NCBI GenBank assembly: GCA_964016885.1
Contig: OZ024741.1
Coordinates: 110,112,001-110,176,000 of the forward strand
Reading direction: 5' to 3'
Length of the DNA stretch: 64,000 bases
DNA from: Eledone cirrhosa
Lineage: Eukaryota
The notes beneath the pieces were generated by a model that did not search any database, had not been told where the DNA came from, and saw only the letters and a list, made by a program, of their open reading frames with translations. Each line of letters opens with the position of its first letter. Within the stretch, counting starts at the first letter, position 1. The position numbers were made by a program, and so were the translations under genes. Below are positions 61,413 to 64,000 of this stretch, in pieces.

Positions 61413-61962
61413 ATGTATGTATGTATGTGTTTGTATATATGTATAGAAAGGGGACATTACCTGTGTATATTGGAAGATTGAGAGAGAAAAGTCCGCAGAA
61501 GTATAGAATCCCAGACCGCTGCATGGTTTAAACACTGAGACACTGACTAGAGATGGAATATGTTGTTGGAGTATGTGTACTATGAGTATGAGTGAGAGTA
61601 GTGGCAGGTTAGATTAGGTGATATATGACTGTGGCAATGGGTAGCTGTGTGAGTGGCTGCTAGATATGGAGAGAGATAGAGAGAGGGGGAAAGAGATAGT
61701 GGAGTAGAAGAGTGAGAGAGAGAGATTATGTGACGATGTGTGCTTAGAGTATGAGAATGAGCGTGGGAGATAGATAGAGGGGTAGGGAGTGAGCGAGAGA
61801 AAGAGAAATGAAATGAGTGAGAGAGGGGAAGAAATAGAGAGGGAAAGAGAAAGAGAAAGAGAAAGCGAGAGTGAAAAGAGAGGAGAGAGGGGGAGATTAT
61901 GTGACGATATGTAGTGAGTTTATGATAGAGAACGTGGGAGAAAGATGGAGAAAAGAGAGAGA

Positions 61963-62065
<103 letters not shown>

Positions 62066-62186
62066 AATCAGAGAGAGAATGTTTGACGCTATGTCGTGAG
62101 TATATTTTGCGATAGTGTGCAGCGTGGTGATGTTTGGTATTTATGTGTGTGTATATATATGTGTGTGTGTGTATGTATGTATATGT

Positions 62187-62249
<63 letters not shown>

Positions 62250-62351
62250 CACACATATATATATATATCTGTGTGTGTGTGCATGTGTGTATGTGTAAAT
62301 ATATATACGTATATATATGTGTGTGTGTGTGTGCATATATATGTGTATATA

Positions 62352-62440
<89 letters not shown>

Positions 62441-63274
62441 ATATGTCTATGTGTGAGACTACCGCTTGTGTATTTGAGTGATATGTTATTAAAATGTACG
62501 ATTTTGAGAACGGGAAAAGCAATCGATATTTATATTATATTATACTAATACATACGTGTATATGTATATTTATATATAGAGATATACACACACGTATATA
62601 TATATATATACATATATTTATGTGTATGTGTATTTGCGTGTTTCTGTGTGTTTATGCATGCATGTACGTCCGGTGTATCTATTTGTGTATGTGCGCATAT
62701 ATGTATGTGTGTGTGTATATATTTGTGTATGTGTGCATATGTGCATGTGTGTGTGTGTATATATTTGCGTATGTGAGCATATTTGTGTATGTGAGCATAT
62801 ATGTACGTGCGAGTGTATATATTTGTGTATGTGCGTGTGTATATATCTCTGTATGTGTGCATATATCTATGTGCGTGTGTATACATTTGTGTATGTGTGC
62901 ATATATGTACGTGCGTGTGTATATATTTGTGTATGTATGTGTGTTCAATCGTCATTTCTGCGGGTCAAAGTTTCAGCCAACTTGTCAATGTTTACATATG
63001 CACGCACGCACGCACGCACGCACACGCACACACACACTCAAACACACATACACACACACTCAGACCGAAGATACACACTAACAAATACATACACACTGAT
63101 ACATATTCACATATGCATATGCACACTTCTACACACACAAGCACATGCACACACACACACAAGCATACAAACACATTTGCACACACACACGCACTCACAC
63201 ACGCGCGCTCATAAACAAACACACGCCCATACATGCTAACATACAAACACACTCAAACACATCCGTACACATTC

Positions 63275-63368
63275 ATGTCTAAATTAATGTCTAGGAAATC
63301 AACGCAAGAGAGGTTGGTAGCTATCGTTGTCCTAAGTCCTAACTCATTAAAGGTAGAAGTTAAATATT
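63275..63368 (-). mobile_element. Small PLE RT fragment
   Basis: [26 protein letters not shown] resembles the PLE 'GLKITI...VNFLDV' region. Confidence 0.5.
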
Positions 63369-63370
63369 TA

Positions 63371-63437
<67 letters not shown>

Positions 63438-63446
63438 TATATATAT

Positions 63447-63528
<82 letters not shown>

Positions 63529-63537
63529 TATATATAT

Positions 63538-63626
<89 letters not shown>

Positions 63627-63790
63627 TATATATATATATACGTATATATATTTACATTTACATATATATATACATATATATCCGTTTATTTGGAACTTGA
63701 AACCGCGGTAAAGGCACACATAGTGAGTACAACGACTTTTTCTCTATTTGCTAGACCTGGATTTGTCATATATATATATATATATATATA

Positions 63791-63953
63791 CATATGTTGA
63801 TTTAAAACTGCACTATCCACAAGTGTTTTTTAGCCTTCATATCATGTTCTCCTGTTTTATCTGATGAAAACACAAATATTATTGCATGATGATGTTTGTT
63901 TTTGAAATGCGCATAATAAAATACATGGAACTCCTTTAACCATCTTTTGATCT

Positions 63954-63960
<7 letters not shown>
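63791..63960 (+). mobile_element. Family B element; HHR at 63854-63922
   Basis: gttttat CTGATGA...GAA atgcgcat A ataaaat, in (TA)n. Confidence 0.8.

Positions 63961-64000
<40 letters not shown>

Overview
AT-rich, microsatellite-saturated animal genomic DNA with no recognisable host protein-coding exon. The tRNA-derived SINE family and extreme (TA)n/(CA)n/(GA)n density suggest an octopus or other cephalopod genome (inference). Almost all ORFs in the track are microsatellite translations. Real coding remnants are retroelements: a Neptune-type Penelope-like element (PLE; RT + GIY-YIG, 38.9-41.7 kb), RTE LINEs (one with a clean 5' inversion), a Tx1/L1-like LINE embedded in (GATA)n and a CRE-like fragment. 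There is also a non-autonomous Helitron, a Tc1-type MITE, many SINEs and minisatellites. The dominant hidden signal is about 10 sequence-unrelated families of short non-coding inserts. Each carries a type I hammerhead ribozyme (HHR) fold, often with a palindromic stem III or a variant catalytic core. Most sit in (TA)n tracts, often as fold-back inverted repeats with both 3' ends pointing outward. They include a 468-bp HHR tandem repeat of retrozyme type. All folds were read by eye and none is experimentally or computationally confirmed.
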